Source of the DNA: Alphaproteobacteria bacterium
GTDB taxonomy: Bacteria > Pseudomonadota > Alphaproteobacteria > TMED109
Assembly: GCA_965215575.1 (NCBI GenBank)
Contig: OZ244069.1
Location: 2,293,155 to 2,357,154 of the forward strand
DNA length: 64,000 bases
Reading direction: 5' to 3'
The notes under the pieces are model-generated. The model was given only the letters and a program-made list of their open reading frames with translations. It had not been told where the DNA came from and ran no database searches. Position numbers and translations under genes: made by a program. Positions 18,870-27,821 of this stretch are shown piece by piece (the stretch's first letter is position 1; each line of letters starts with the position of its first letter).

Positions 18870-20334
18870 GCGTTGGGCTCCCGAAGCTTGCTCTTTGGAT
18901 TGCCACATTCTTGACGTCGCAGAAGAAGTCGAAACTCCAACGTCCGCCTTCGCGACCGATGCCGGATATACCGGATCCCCCGAAAGGTGCTGCCAAGTCG
19001 CGAACGAAGAAGCAATTGACCCACACCGTGCCTGCGACAACGGCGCCGGCCACACGCTCGGCCTTGGCCTGATCCGTCGTGTAGACCATGGCGGCAAGCC
19101 CGTAGCGGGTGGCATTGGCGAGTACGATCGCCTCGTCCTCGTCCTCGAACACGTTCCACGTGAGCACCGGACCGAACACCTCTTCCTGGAAAATCTCGTC
19201 GGTGGGCGAAATGTCGGTCAGTAGGGTCGGTTCATAGTAGAGCTCACCGAACGGATGCTGCCCCCCTCCGAAAAGGGGCCGAGCCCCGTTCGCAATCGCT
19301 CGCTCCACATAACCGTGGACCCGCGCGTGCTGGCGGGGGTGGATCAGGGGGCCGACCCGCGTTGCAAGCGCCCGAGGATCGCCGACGGGTAGCTTCGCAG
19401 TCTCGACGCGGACCTTGCGGAGTAGTGAGTCCGCAACGCTTCTCTCGACGAGCACTCGGGTCCCGGCGAGGCATACCTGCCCCGCGTTGATGTATTGATG
19501 GGCAATGGTGCGTGCGGCGGCGTCTGGGTCGGCGTCGGCGAACACGATGAACGGCGACTTGCCGCCAAGCTCAAAGCTGACCGGTGTTAGCGACCCGGCC
19601 GCGGCTTGACCGATCAGGCGGGCCGTCTCGGGAGAACCTGTAAAGCTGATGCGATCGATGTCCGGATGCGCCGCCAGGGAAGCCCCGGCGTCGGTGCCCG
19701 CTCCCTGCACGACGTTCAATGCGCCAGGAGGCAGGCCGGCCTCGCTCGCGATATCGGCCAGCATCGAGCAAGTAAGTGGCGCCCACTCCGGCGGTTTGAG
19801 CACAACCGTGTTGCCCGCCGCCAAGGCAGGGCCCGCCTTCCAGGTGCTCAACATCAAGGGCGCATTCCAGGGCGTGATCAGCGCCGCTACCCCTGCGGGC
19901 TCGTAGTGAACGTGGTTGTCGACGGTGCTTCCGGCAATAACATTGCCGTGCATCCTGGACGCTAGTTCAGCGAAAAAACCGATATTGTGCGCACATCGCG
20001 CCATGGTGTTCTTTCGGTTGCCGAGGAGCAGGGATCCATTGTCGTGAGTCTCGACAGTGGCGAGATCGTCGATGCGATCACGGATGCCCGCTGCTAGGCG
20101 CTCCAGGATAGGTCTGCGGCCGTCGGGCCCGAGCGCGGCCCACTGTGGGAACGCGTCCCGGGCGGCCTGTACCGCCTCATCCACGTCCTTGGCAGTGCCG
20201 GCAAAGACCTCGCCGAGGGGCTGCCGGTCAACGGGCGAGAACACCTCGAATCGGTCGGATGAGGCAATGCGCTGACCGCCAATCCAGTGTCGGGTGTCGA
20301 CATCAACAGAGGCGATTCGAAGGTGATCCGACAT
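18862..20334 (-). CDS. hpaE: 5-carboxymethyl-2-hydroxymuconate semialdehyde dehydrogenase-like aldehyde dehydrogenase
   Basis: ALDH core (ELGGKSP, catalytic-Cys region GQVCLAGTR) plus the HpaE-like tail FVRDLAAPFGGSGISGIGREGG. The start is trimmed to ATG 20334, 4 nt after the hpaB stop. Confidence 0.8.
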   Translation of the reverse strand: MSDHLRIASVDVDTRHWIGGQRIASSDRFEVFSPVDRQPLGEVFAGTAKDVDEAVQAARDAFPQWAALGPDGRRPILERLAAGIRDRIDDLATVETHDNGSLLLGNRKNTMARCAHNIGFFAELASRMHGNVIAGSTVDNHVHYEPAGVAALITPWNAPLMLSTWKAGPALAAGNTVVLKPPEWAPLTCSMLADIASEAGLPPGALNVVQGAGTDAGASLAAHPDIDRISFTGSPETARLIGQAAAGSLTPVSFELGGKSPFIVFADADPDAAARTIAHQYINAGQVCLAGTRVLVERSVADSLLRKVRVETAKLPVGDPRALATRVGPLIHPRQHARVHGYVERAIANGARPLFGGGQHPFGELYYEPTLLTDISPTDEIFQEEVFGPVLTWNVFEDEDEAIVLANATRYGLAAMVYTTDQAKAERVAGAVVAGTVWVNCFFVRDLAAPFGGSGISGIGREGGRWSFDFFCDVKNVAIQRASFGSPTRG

Positions 20335-20338
20335 GTGT

Positions 20339-21805
20339 CTATGGCGCGGCGTCCAGGTGCGCCCAGAATGCTGGAACTTGGCTCCACTCTTGGTCCCTCT
20401 GCGCCGCGACATGAGCCAGCGTAAAGGCGCGCGCTGCGGAAGCGAGATAGTAGCGCTCGTAGAGTTCCGTCCGCGCCCCAAGCGCGGAGCCCGCGAAATC
20501 CCAGGCGGTTCGGAACAAGCGGCTTCGCTGCTCGGGATCCACGCCGCCCGTACCCGGCAGGTAGGAGTTGAGCAAGGGGCGGAGGTCGGGATGCCCGAGT
20601 TCAGATTTTGAGGGCGTCGCGAGCAGATTGTGCGAGGCGATGAGCTTGATGATCTCATTCACCCGAGCCATCCACCCCGGCAGCGTCGGGCGAAGTGCGC
20701 GGAACGGGGCCTCATTGCAGAACCAGGTGCCGTCGCCGAATTCATGTGCGTCGGCTTCCGCTGCACGAATGGCGGCGCGGGTGAGTTCGGCGTAGCTCCA
20801 GATCTCTCCCAGCATCTGCATCACGTCTGGCCGCCGGCTCTGGCCGATGGTCTCAGCCATGCGGCAGCAGAGCTCGTAGGCAAACTCCAGCTTGACCATC
20901 GCCCGAATGCAGGTCTGCTGCATGACATTGCCGATCCAACCACGGGCCATGACGGCGTTATAGATTTCCGGATCCCCGTCCAAGAAGATGCGATGCCGTG
21001 GTATTTCCACGTTGTCGAACACGACAAAGGCGTCCTGCTCGTCGAAGCGGGAGGAAAAGGGTTTGTCGAAAGGGTCGGCTTCGAGCCCGTAGTGATCTCG
21101 GCAGAGGATCTTGAGGCCAGGGGTGGACAGCGGAATCGAGAACACAAGAGCCACGTCGTGACGATCTTTCGGGATTGGTTGGCCGGGATAGACGGCAAGC
21201 TCATCGGCGAATGGCCCTAGCGTGGCTAGGATCCGGGCCCCGCGTACGATGATCCCCTGGCTGGTTTCATCCACCTTCCTCAGCGCGACTTCACCGTTGA
21301 CGCCATCGTAGGGCGCGATCCGCCCGTCCACGGTGGGGTGAATGATGGTATGGGTTAGGGCGAGGTCTCGCTTGGCGACATGGCGCTGAAAGGCGGCGAG
21401 CTTCTCGGCGCCTTGCGCATTGCCGTTGGCGGACCAGGCGCTTGGCTGGCCGGCAAATCCGGCAAACGTAAGGTTCACGTAGTCGGGTGTGCGACCGAGC
21501 ATCCCCACGCTGTAGCGCGCCAGCCGTTCGAGGCCGCAGTGACGGCGGTGCAAATCGTCAGGGCTGCGCGGAATGAGATGGCTGATGCCGGTCGGTTGCT
21601 TCGAAATCGGATCGGCGACGATGCAATCTTCGGAGTGGAGGTGCTGCCAGTCGAAGAAGCCGGATATCCCTTGGAGCGAGCCCCTGAATCCCGAGTGCTC
21701 GGTGACGTCAGGTACCTGTTCTCCGCCGATCCAAACCTCTCGCCCGTCAGCGCGCAGGCCGCCAACGTATTCGGCCCCGGTTCTGGCTGCCATTTGACAA
21801 CTCAT
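20339..21805 (-). CDS. hpaB: 4-hydroxyphenylacetate 3-monooxygenase oxygenase component family protein
   Basis: A 488-aa ORF whose N-terminus GAEYVGGLRADGREVWIGGEQV and length fit the HpaB family. ATG 21793 is an alternative start. No hpaC reductase is nearby. Confidence 0.8.
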   Translation of the reverse strand: MSCQMAARTGAEYVGGLRADGREVWIGGEQVPDVTEHSGFRGSLQGISGFFDWQHLHSEDCIVADPISKQPTGISHLIPRSPDDLHRRHCGLERLARYSVGMLGRTPDYVNLTFAGFAGQPSAWSANGNAQGAEKLAAFQRHVAKRDLALTHTIIHPTVDGRIAPYDGVNGEVALRKVDETSQGIIVRGARILATLGPFADELAVYPGQPIPKDRHDVALVFSIPLSTPGLKILCRDHYGLEADPFDKPFSSRFDEQDAFVVFDNVEIPRHRIFLDGDPEIYNAVMARGWIGNVMQQTCIRAMVKLEFAYELCCRMAETIGQSRRPDVMQMLGEIWSYAELTRAAIRAAEADAHEFGDGTWFCNEAPFRALRPTLPGWMARVNEIIKLIASHNLLATPSKSELGHPDLRPLLNSYLPGTGGVDPEQRSRLFRTAWDFAGSALGARTELYERYYLASAARAFTLAHVAAQRDQEWSQVPAFWAHLDAAP

Positions 21806-21815
21806 TTGAAACGAA

Positions 21816-21835
21816 ATGATTTGATCTTAAATCAT
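21816..21835. promoter_or_regulatory. Perfect palindrome ATGATTT-N6-AAATCAT just upstream of hpaB start
   Basis: Read directly. It lies in an AT-rich patch 11-30 nt upstream of ATG 21805. A second palindrome, CTATCG-CC-CGATAG, is at 21869-21882. Confidence 0.3.
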
Positions 21836-22556
21836 CATCCTGCGAGTGTCAATTTATCGCTGTTTTTGCTATCGCCCGATAGGGTGGGCGAGTGCGCTTT
21901 CCCCCTTGGAGCTGCGACCTGTTGGTCAGATCAGGGTGAGGAATCCTTGTGCTCATGTTCTAGTCCCTGTCGAGTATGTCCATTGCAAGCGGGAAAACGG
22001 TCGGCACCAACAACAGGAAGGATTCGATACGTCGGGCATTGCTTGGGGCCTGCGGCTGGATCTGGGCTGCGCAAGGAACAGATACCTTGACGGGGTCGCT
22101 CGAAGGAAATGATGGCTCAACGTGACCGCTGGCAGAGGGGAGTCGGCCGAGCACAGGGGCTCGATGCCGAGGGAGTGCGAGACTGCCTCGGAAGTGCTAT
22201 CGCGGCGACGGACTAGCGAGCCTTCCGAGCACGGACGGCAATGGGGCGCGAACTGCTGGTCAGAGCCGCATTTCATTTCGCTGCCGATTTGGCCGGCTTT
22301 GGGACTTGGCGGTGGACGGCATCTCAGCGTAACAGGTTGCGGTTGTCCTGGGGTCCTCGCTGACTTGATGAATTCGCTCGAATGTGATCCATCCATCGGG
22401 CATGGCCGGCCTTGCCTGATCCGGCGCCCGCTACGCTAGAGGGCCGCGTGCGGGTACGGAGCGGGGTTGTTGCCAGCTGGTCACCGGTTCAGATTGTTCG
22501 CCAAACCCGGCTTCTGGTAGGGTGCAGCGACCCGGCAACAGGCGGAGTTTGCCCCA

Positions 22557-23357
22557 ATGTACCGACCCGGCCTCGCTCTCTTAGCGGCCTGCACAACCCT
22601 CCTAGTCGTCGGTGGCACGCCGCGGGCGGGAGACTACGACCCGATGCGTTCGGCCCTGTGGGCAGATATGCACACAGCGTTCCTCGGGGATGGACCAGTC
22701 AAATACGACTATCAGGTCCGGCTGATCATCCCGCGCACGGTTGAGGACGCGTTCAGTGTTCCATTGGTGGTCGAACTGACCGACCGCATTCAACCCGTCC
22801 AGGAAGTGGTGGTGATCGCGGAAAATAATCCCATCCAGACCGCCGCCCAGATTTTCCCGAGGCGGGCGATCCGCTCGGTCGGAATGAATATTCGCCTTGA
22901 GCAGAGCACGCCGGTTCGCGCTGCAGCGCGCGATGCCAACGGTGTGTGGCACGTCGCGAGTGTCAGGGTTGAGGTCCTGAATCCTGGAGGTTGCACCGCG
23001 GCGGGCGGAGCAGGCAGTGCAGAGAATCCGCCCGGCACGATCGCGATGAAGCGATTCAGACGGCCGAAGAGCGTGACGCGGCTCAAGGTCGGCATCACCC
23101 ATCCGATGGATACCGGTCTGGCAATGGACCTGGACGGCGCAATCGTCCCCGCCTACTTTGTCGATACGGTGACGCTTGCCGATACGGCGGGCCCGATCGC
23201 TGACCTTGTTACGTCGGCTGCGATTTCCACGGATCCGAATTTCTATTTTGACCTACCTGACCGACTGCAAAGCGTCCGCGTCTCCGCGTCCGATTCCAAG
23301 GGCCTCACCTTCGATTTCCTAGAGGCGTCACGCGACGATCCGAAGGGCGAGATCTAG
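22557..23357 (+). CDS. SoxY-SoxZ-like fused sulfur-carrier protein (quinoprotein dehydrogenase-associated type)
   Basis: Signal-like N-terminus. The SoxY-like half ends in VEVLNPGGCTAAGG (Cys146, nt 22992-22994). The SoxZ-like half has VGITHPMDTGL, IVPAYFV and ISTDPNFYFDL. Confidence 0.7.
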   Translation: MYRPGLALLAACTTLLVVGGTPRAGDYDPMRSALWADMHTAFLGDGPVKYDYQVRLIIPRTVEDAFSVPLVVELTDRIQPVQEVVVIAENNPIQTAAQIFPRRAIRSVGMNIRLEQSTPVRAAARDANGVWHVASVRVEVLNPGGCTAAGGAGSAENPPGTIAMKRFRRPKSVTRLKVGITHPMDTGLAMDLDGAIVPAYFVDTVTLADTAGPIADLVTSAAISTDPNFYFDLPDRLQSVRVSASDSKGLTFDFLEASRDDPKGEI

Positions 23358-23460
23358 AAAACCGGCCATGCCTAGAAGTGTCCGGCCGGTGCTGGAACGC
23401 GGGCACTAGTCGGAAAAACGCGCCGACCAGCGCTTGCGCCTAGATGGGAGATTTGCGGCC

Positions 23461-23904
23461 ATGTGCACATGGATCCGAAATATGGTTGTGATGGCCGCCG
23501 TCCTGGGACTCTCCGCGAGCTTGGGCGCTAACCCTGGCTTGGCGGCAGCCGGATCGCCCCCCGTCGGCCCGATCGATGCAGTCGAGACCGGGTCCGATCT
23601 CAAATTCGCCTGCGGCCAGGAAGCCGAGGGCTTCGAGGACGTGGTCGGGGAACAATTCCATCGCTGGATGCTGATCGTCCAGTGCCGCGCTGTCGTCGGC
23701 GCGATCACCACGATGATCAGGTCCGGGCAATTCGCCCTCGACGATGCGCCGCGTTGGCAGTGCGTTACAATTCCCGAGGATCTCGGCGAACTGTCGGCGA
23801 CGTTCGTGACCTGGGTCGGCCGCCGGCCCGCGCTGATGCGCGAATCCGCCGCGGTCGCCTTCGTAGAAGCCATCGAACTCAGTGCGCCGTGTCGGGATTC
23901 CTGA
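23461..23904 (+). CDS. Hypothetical secreted protein, 4 Cys in mature part
   Basis: High GC3. Signal peptide MVVMAAVLGLSASLGA. No family recognised. Competing minus-strand ORFs (23406-24062 and 23440-23925) look like antisense artefacts. Confidence 0.45.
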   Translation: MCTWIRNMVVMAAVLGLSASLGANPGLAAAGSPPVGPIDAVETGSDLKFACGQEAEGFEDVVGEQFHRWMLIVQCRAVVGAITTMIRSGQFALDDAPRWQCVTIPEDLGELSATFVTWVGRRPALMRESAAVAFVEAIELSAPCRDS

Positions 23905-24075
23905 GCAATCAACCGGTCTGGCCAAAGTGCTGACGCATCAATTTGTTCTGTAACCTTGCGGACCAGTTCGAACAAGCTGGATTGGGCAGGCGCTGGGCCG
24001 GCGGTTTGACCGCGCGGGTAACCCGGTGACAATGATCGCTCTTTGGGACGGATTGAATTCAAGAAGGAACCTTAG

Positions 24076-24501
24076 ATGAAGTTGGCGGCTCCCATTCTTG
24101 CGCTCCTCATGTGCACCGGCGTGGTGCAGGCGGCGATGGAAGATTGTGCACAAGGGCCGGAAGGCAACCTGTGCAAGGCCCAAAACGGCGATGCGCCCGC
24201 GATGTACATGATCGGGCGCGAGGCCTATGACAAGGCGCGCGAGACCGGGGATTTCAGCGAAGCCTATCTGTGGGCAACCCGCGCGCGGGAAGCCGGCTTC
24301 CTCGGCGGCAGGATGCTGTTCAAGATGGTTCATCTTCAGGCGGGCCAGGGACGTCACCACGATAATGTGGAGGCCCACCAATGGATCACCAAGGCGATTG
24401 CAGAGGGGGAGGACTATCTGGTTCCTTGGAAACGCCGGCTTGAAGCCATCATGACGCCCGAGCAGATCAGAGCGGCGCTTCGCGCGGCGCTGGCGGAGTA
24501 G
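24076..24501 (+). CDS. Secreted Sel1-like/TPR repeat protein
   Basis: GGAA RBS and signal peptide LALLMCTGVVQA. Repeat-like strings are AMYMIGREAY...EAYLWATRAREAG and EAHQWITKAIAEG. Confidence 0.55.
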   Translation: MKLAAPILALLMCTGVVQAAMEDCAQGPEGNLCKAQNGDAPAMYMIGREAYDKARETGDFSEAYLWATRAREAGFLGGRMLFKMVHLQAGQGRHHDNVEAHQWITKAIAEGEDYLVPWKRRLEAIMTPEQIRAALRAALAE

Positions 24502-24594
24502 GGTGCGGTCGGCTTTATGTCGATAAGGGGAGACGCGGACGGCAGTGCGCGATCCGCGCTGCAATTGAGATTCGGGGGCTGCCGACTTTAGACG

Positions 24595-25056
24595 CTAGTC
24601 TTGGGAGATTGCCCTCCGCGGGCCTTCCATATTTGCGGCCTCTTCCAGGGTGATGCGGTTGCCAGCGTCGTCGTAATAGACGCCCTTGATTTTCCCTTCG
24701 ATATACGTCGCGATGCCGGCGATCTCGCGCTTCGACATCGTGCTCTTGAATTCAGGCATGCCGCGGTCGCGAATCCCGACTGTGATGACGTAAACCAAGC
24801 CGTCGTGATCGAACAGTGTGGCGCGCAGATCGGCTGCGAAACCGCCATAGGCTGGCCCACCGCGCCCGTCGGCCTTGTGGCATCGCGCGCATTGGTTCGG
24901 AAATTCGGTAAATACCATTGGCGGCGGACCTGAACGTCGGGGCTTTTCGTTGTCCGCCGATACCGGGCTCGCCGACGCCGCGTAAAACGCTGCACCAATA
25001 ACTACCGCTGCTGCCAGGCTGCCGAGAGTTCGTCCTTGCTTGGTGAAATCTTGCAT
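24595..25056 (-). CDS. Class I c-type cytochrome, probable electron acceptor of the adjacent PQQ dehydrogenase
   Basis: Signal peptide, a single CARCH haem motif, and a downstream Met (RGMPEF). It lies 166 nt downstream of the PQQ dehydrogenase on the same strand. Confidence 0.8.
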   Translation of the reverse strand: MQDFTKQGRTLGSLAAAVVIGAAFYAASASPVSADNEKPRRSGPPPMVFTEFPNQCARCHKADGRGGPAYGGFAADLRATLFDHDGLVYVITVGIRDRGMPEFKSTMSKREIAGIATYIEGKIKGVYYDDAGNRITLEEAANMEGPRRAISQD

Positions 25057-25222
25057 TTCTTCAAATCCGGCCCATTGGTCGGGTAAGGCCTATCTGAGGC
25101 GCTTCGCCTGCGAGGCAAATTGGCTAGGCGCGTCACTGCCGGAGTCTGGACTAACCAATTGCGGGCTTAGGAAAAAAGTTGTGGGCCGGCGCAGGGGCCG
25201 GCCCACATTAGGAGTGTGCGCT

Positions 25223-27049
25223 CTAGAGCGCGAATACGTACAGAACGTTACTCGGTACAGCGGCCTTCAACTCGGGTGTCGAGTCGGTGAACCACTGCGG
25301 CCAAGCACCGCCCAGGCCGACCTGGATGGCGATGTACTGCTTGCCGTCAGCTTCGTAGGCCATTGGCGGAGCATTGATCGACGAGCCGGTCTCGAAACGC
25401 CACAGCTCTTCGAGAGTCGTGTCGTCAAGAGCGACCACCGCGCCGTCAGCCGTACCAGTGAACACCAGGCCGCCCGCCGTCGACAGAATGCCGCCCAGCA
25501 TCGGGAACTCGGTCTCCCACTTGCGTACGACAACGCCGGTCGAAACATCGATCGCGGTCACGCTACCGGTAATACGGCCCGAGCGCGGGTCGTCAAAGGT
25601 GAAGTAAGGTGCCCCACCCAGGAACCACTGACGCGTCGCCGGATCGAAGTTCGTCGGGGAGACTGAGGCAAACGCCTTGTTGCAGCTCTCGATCACCGGA
25701 ATGTAGTACAGGCCGGTGTGCGGGCTGTACGAGGTCGGGGGCCAGTTCTTTCCGCCAGTATGCGCTGGGCAGGAAATACCCTCGATCTCACTCCGCGCAC
25801 CGACTTCGGTCAACTCGCCGCGATGCGCCGCACTGCCCGCAGCGTAGCTCTGGACATCGGCGTCGGGGTCGTACGCGGCTGGCCGGCCGTTGGCGTCGAG
25901 CCCGTCCGTCCAGTTCAGCTTCTTGACGAACTGCGTGCCCCAAACGAACTCGCCGTTCGAACGGTCGAGCGCGTAGGCAAAACCGTTACGGTTGGCATGC
26001 AGGGTCGAGCGCACGAACTGACCGTTGATCACGGTGTCGACGAACGTGTTCTCCGCAATCGAGTCGTAGTCGTACGGGTCGTTCGGCGTGTGCTGGAAGC
26101 CCCAGAGGAACTCGCCCGTGTCGGCATCCACCGCGATGGTGCTGTCGGTCCACAGGTTGTCGCCGGGACGGTAGGCGTTGTCCCAGTCCGGACCCGGATT
26201 GGCGGTGCCCCAGACGATGATGTTCAACTCGGGGTCGTAGGAACCGGTCACCCAAGTCGAGCCGCCACCGGTCTTCCATGCGCCGTAATCGTCCTTCCAC
26301 GTCTCATGGCCAGGCTCACCCGGTCCAGGAATCGTGTGGGTCCGCCAAATTTCCTCGCCGGTGTTGATGTCGAGCGCAGCAATCCAACCGCGGACGCCGA
26401 ACTCGGCACCAGCCATGCCCGTGACCACTGTGTCCTTGACGATCAGCGGAGCGCCGGTGATGGTCTCGGCGATGCCCGGATCGGCCACTTGGCTCTCCCA
26501 GACCAGGGTGCCGTCCGTCTTGTTCAAGGCGCGGATGCGGCCGTCGATGACCCCAGCAATAACGAGATCGCTGTGGAGTGCCACACCGCGGTTGTTGATG
26601 CCGCAGCACAGGACGCTTGGCCCCCAGTCCTTGTCGGCTTCAGGATCCGACTTCCACACCGTGACCGGCTTGCCGCCGCGCACGTCGAGCTTGGTCACCA
26701 CACCCCAACCGGTGGTCAGGTAAAGGAAACCGTCTTCGGCGATCGTCGTGCCTTCCAGGCCTGCGAACGGGAACACCACCGGATCTGTGCCGCCACCCTG
26801 GGCGCTGCCCATGGCATAGGTGAAGGCGACTCTCAGATCACCGACATTGTCCGTGTTGATCTCGCGAAGGGCCGAGAAGCGATGGGCCTCGTAGTTGCCG
26901 TGATGATTGATCCAGTTTCCCGGTTCGTTTTCGCTATTGGCCAGACGGTCATGCGTAACGTCGCCGGCGATTGCCGTTCCGGCAAGCATGGCCGCGCCAA
27001 TTGCTCCAACGGCAAATAGGCGCAGCTTGCTGAATCTATCGAATATCAT
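25223..27049 (-). CDS. PQQ-dependent dehydrogenase, methanol/ethanol family
   Basis: A GGGAGG RBS precedes ATG 27049. Signal peptide, a vicinal disulfide (VLCCGINNRG), repeated W-propeller motifs, and an active-site region TPNDPYDYDSIAE. Confidence 0.9.
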   Translation of the reverse strand: MIFDRFSKLRLFAVGAIGAAMLAGTAIAGDVTHDRLANSENEPGNWINHHGNYEAHRFSALREINTDNVGDLRVAFTYAMGSAQGGGTDPVVFPFAGLEGTTIAEDGFLYLTTGWGVVTKLDVRGGKPVTVWKSDPEADKDWGPSVLCCGINNRGVALHSDLVIAGVIDGRIRALNKTDGTLVWESQVADPGIAETITGAPLIVKDTVVTGMAGAEFGVRGWIAALDINTGEEIWRTHTIPGPGEPGHETWKDDYGAWKTGGGSTWVTGSYDPELNIIVWGTANPGPDWDNAYRPGDNLWTDSTIAVDADTGEFLWGFQHTPNDPYDYDSIAENTFVDTVINGQFVRSTLHANRNGFAYALDRSNGEFVWGTQFVKKLNWTDGLDANGRPAAYDPDADVQSYAAGSAAHRGELTEVGARSEIEGISCPAHTGGKNWPPTSYSPHTGLYYIPVIESCNKAFASVSPTNFDPATRQWFLGGAPYFTFDDPRSGRITGSVTAIDVSTGVVVRKWETEFPMLGGILSTAGGLVFTGTADGAVVALDDTTLEELWRFETGSSINAPPMAYEADGKQYIAIQVGLGGAWPQWFTDSTPELKAAVPSNVLYVFAL

Positions 27050-27232
27050 ATGGGATCCTCCCAGTGCGTTGCCGGCCGCAACGCGAACCGGGTCATGAAA
27101 CCTAGGGACGCGTAAACAGGCACGCACCTCTGCTTCGACCCGAGTTCCGCGTTGTACCGCCACGTCCACTTGATCCGGGGCACCCCGGACCGACGCCAAT
27201 AGTCGCTGTCCGACGTTGGCGCCGCACGGATG

Positions 27233-27577
27233 CTAGCAGCGAAGGATAGAGCCCGCGAATCCTGCCGTTTTGCGCACCTCGGGACCGGTCTCGGGCATTC
27301 GGAGCACCGTCGCTCCGGAAAGAAATCTCATGCTTCCGGCCTCACGGTTCGAAGCTGTGGGTGCGAACGCCAACGCGTGCTTGTCCTCGGTGATGGGCAG
27401 CAGTGCGGTTACGCCGCGCTTGGCACTCGATCGCAGTTCAAGACCGGCGGCATAGGCGTTTGATCGGGAACTGCAGGCGATGCACGTCACCGGTGTGGCG
27501 GCTGTCCGGATTCGCCGTGTTTGGTCAAGACCAGCGGAGTTCAGCGAGGCCGGCTCCGCGACTGGACATTGACTCAA
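27233..27577 (-). CDS. Hypothetical ORF between rhodanese and PQQ dehydrogenase (doubtful)
   Basis: TTG start only, moderate GC3, and no family recognised. Confidence 0.2.
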   Translation of the reverse strand: MSQCPVAEPASLNSAGLDQTRRIRTAATPVTCIACSSRSNAYAAGLELRSSAKRGVTALLPITEDKHALAFAPTASNREAGSMRFLSGATVLRMPETGPEVRKTAGFAGSILRC

Positions 27578-27821
27578 GGCCTAGGGACGAAAGTTGAGCG
27601 CATCGAGTTTCTGTACGCGCTCTTGGAAGCGCTCCCGGACACCGTCCAATGCACTCGTAGTTGTCCGCAGCTGGTGCTGTTCAAACCCTGAGAGCACAAG
27701 GCCGTCGGAACCCAAAACAAGTCTGTCACATCAGAATCTTATGGCGTGCAGAAGGCTTTGCATAAGTCGCGGGAGCGACATGACCGTTCGGTGATCGCGG
27801 GTCGAAGACCTGCTCACTTGA

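Noticed and set aside
25718-27019. 433-aa ORF antisense to the PQQ dehydrogenase. There are similar antisense ORFs at 9618-10694, 36656-37834, 48454-50205, 49922-50848 and 52129-53229.
   Set aside because: Each overlaps a gene with strong family signatures on the opposite strand and translates to low-complexity Arg/Gly/Asp/His-rich text. None has an RBS.
27200-27821. pqqA-like precursor peptide in the gap upstream of the PQQ dehydrogenase
   Set aside because: No short ORF has the conserved Glu-x-x-x-Tyr core in any frame.
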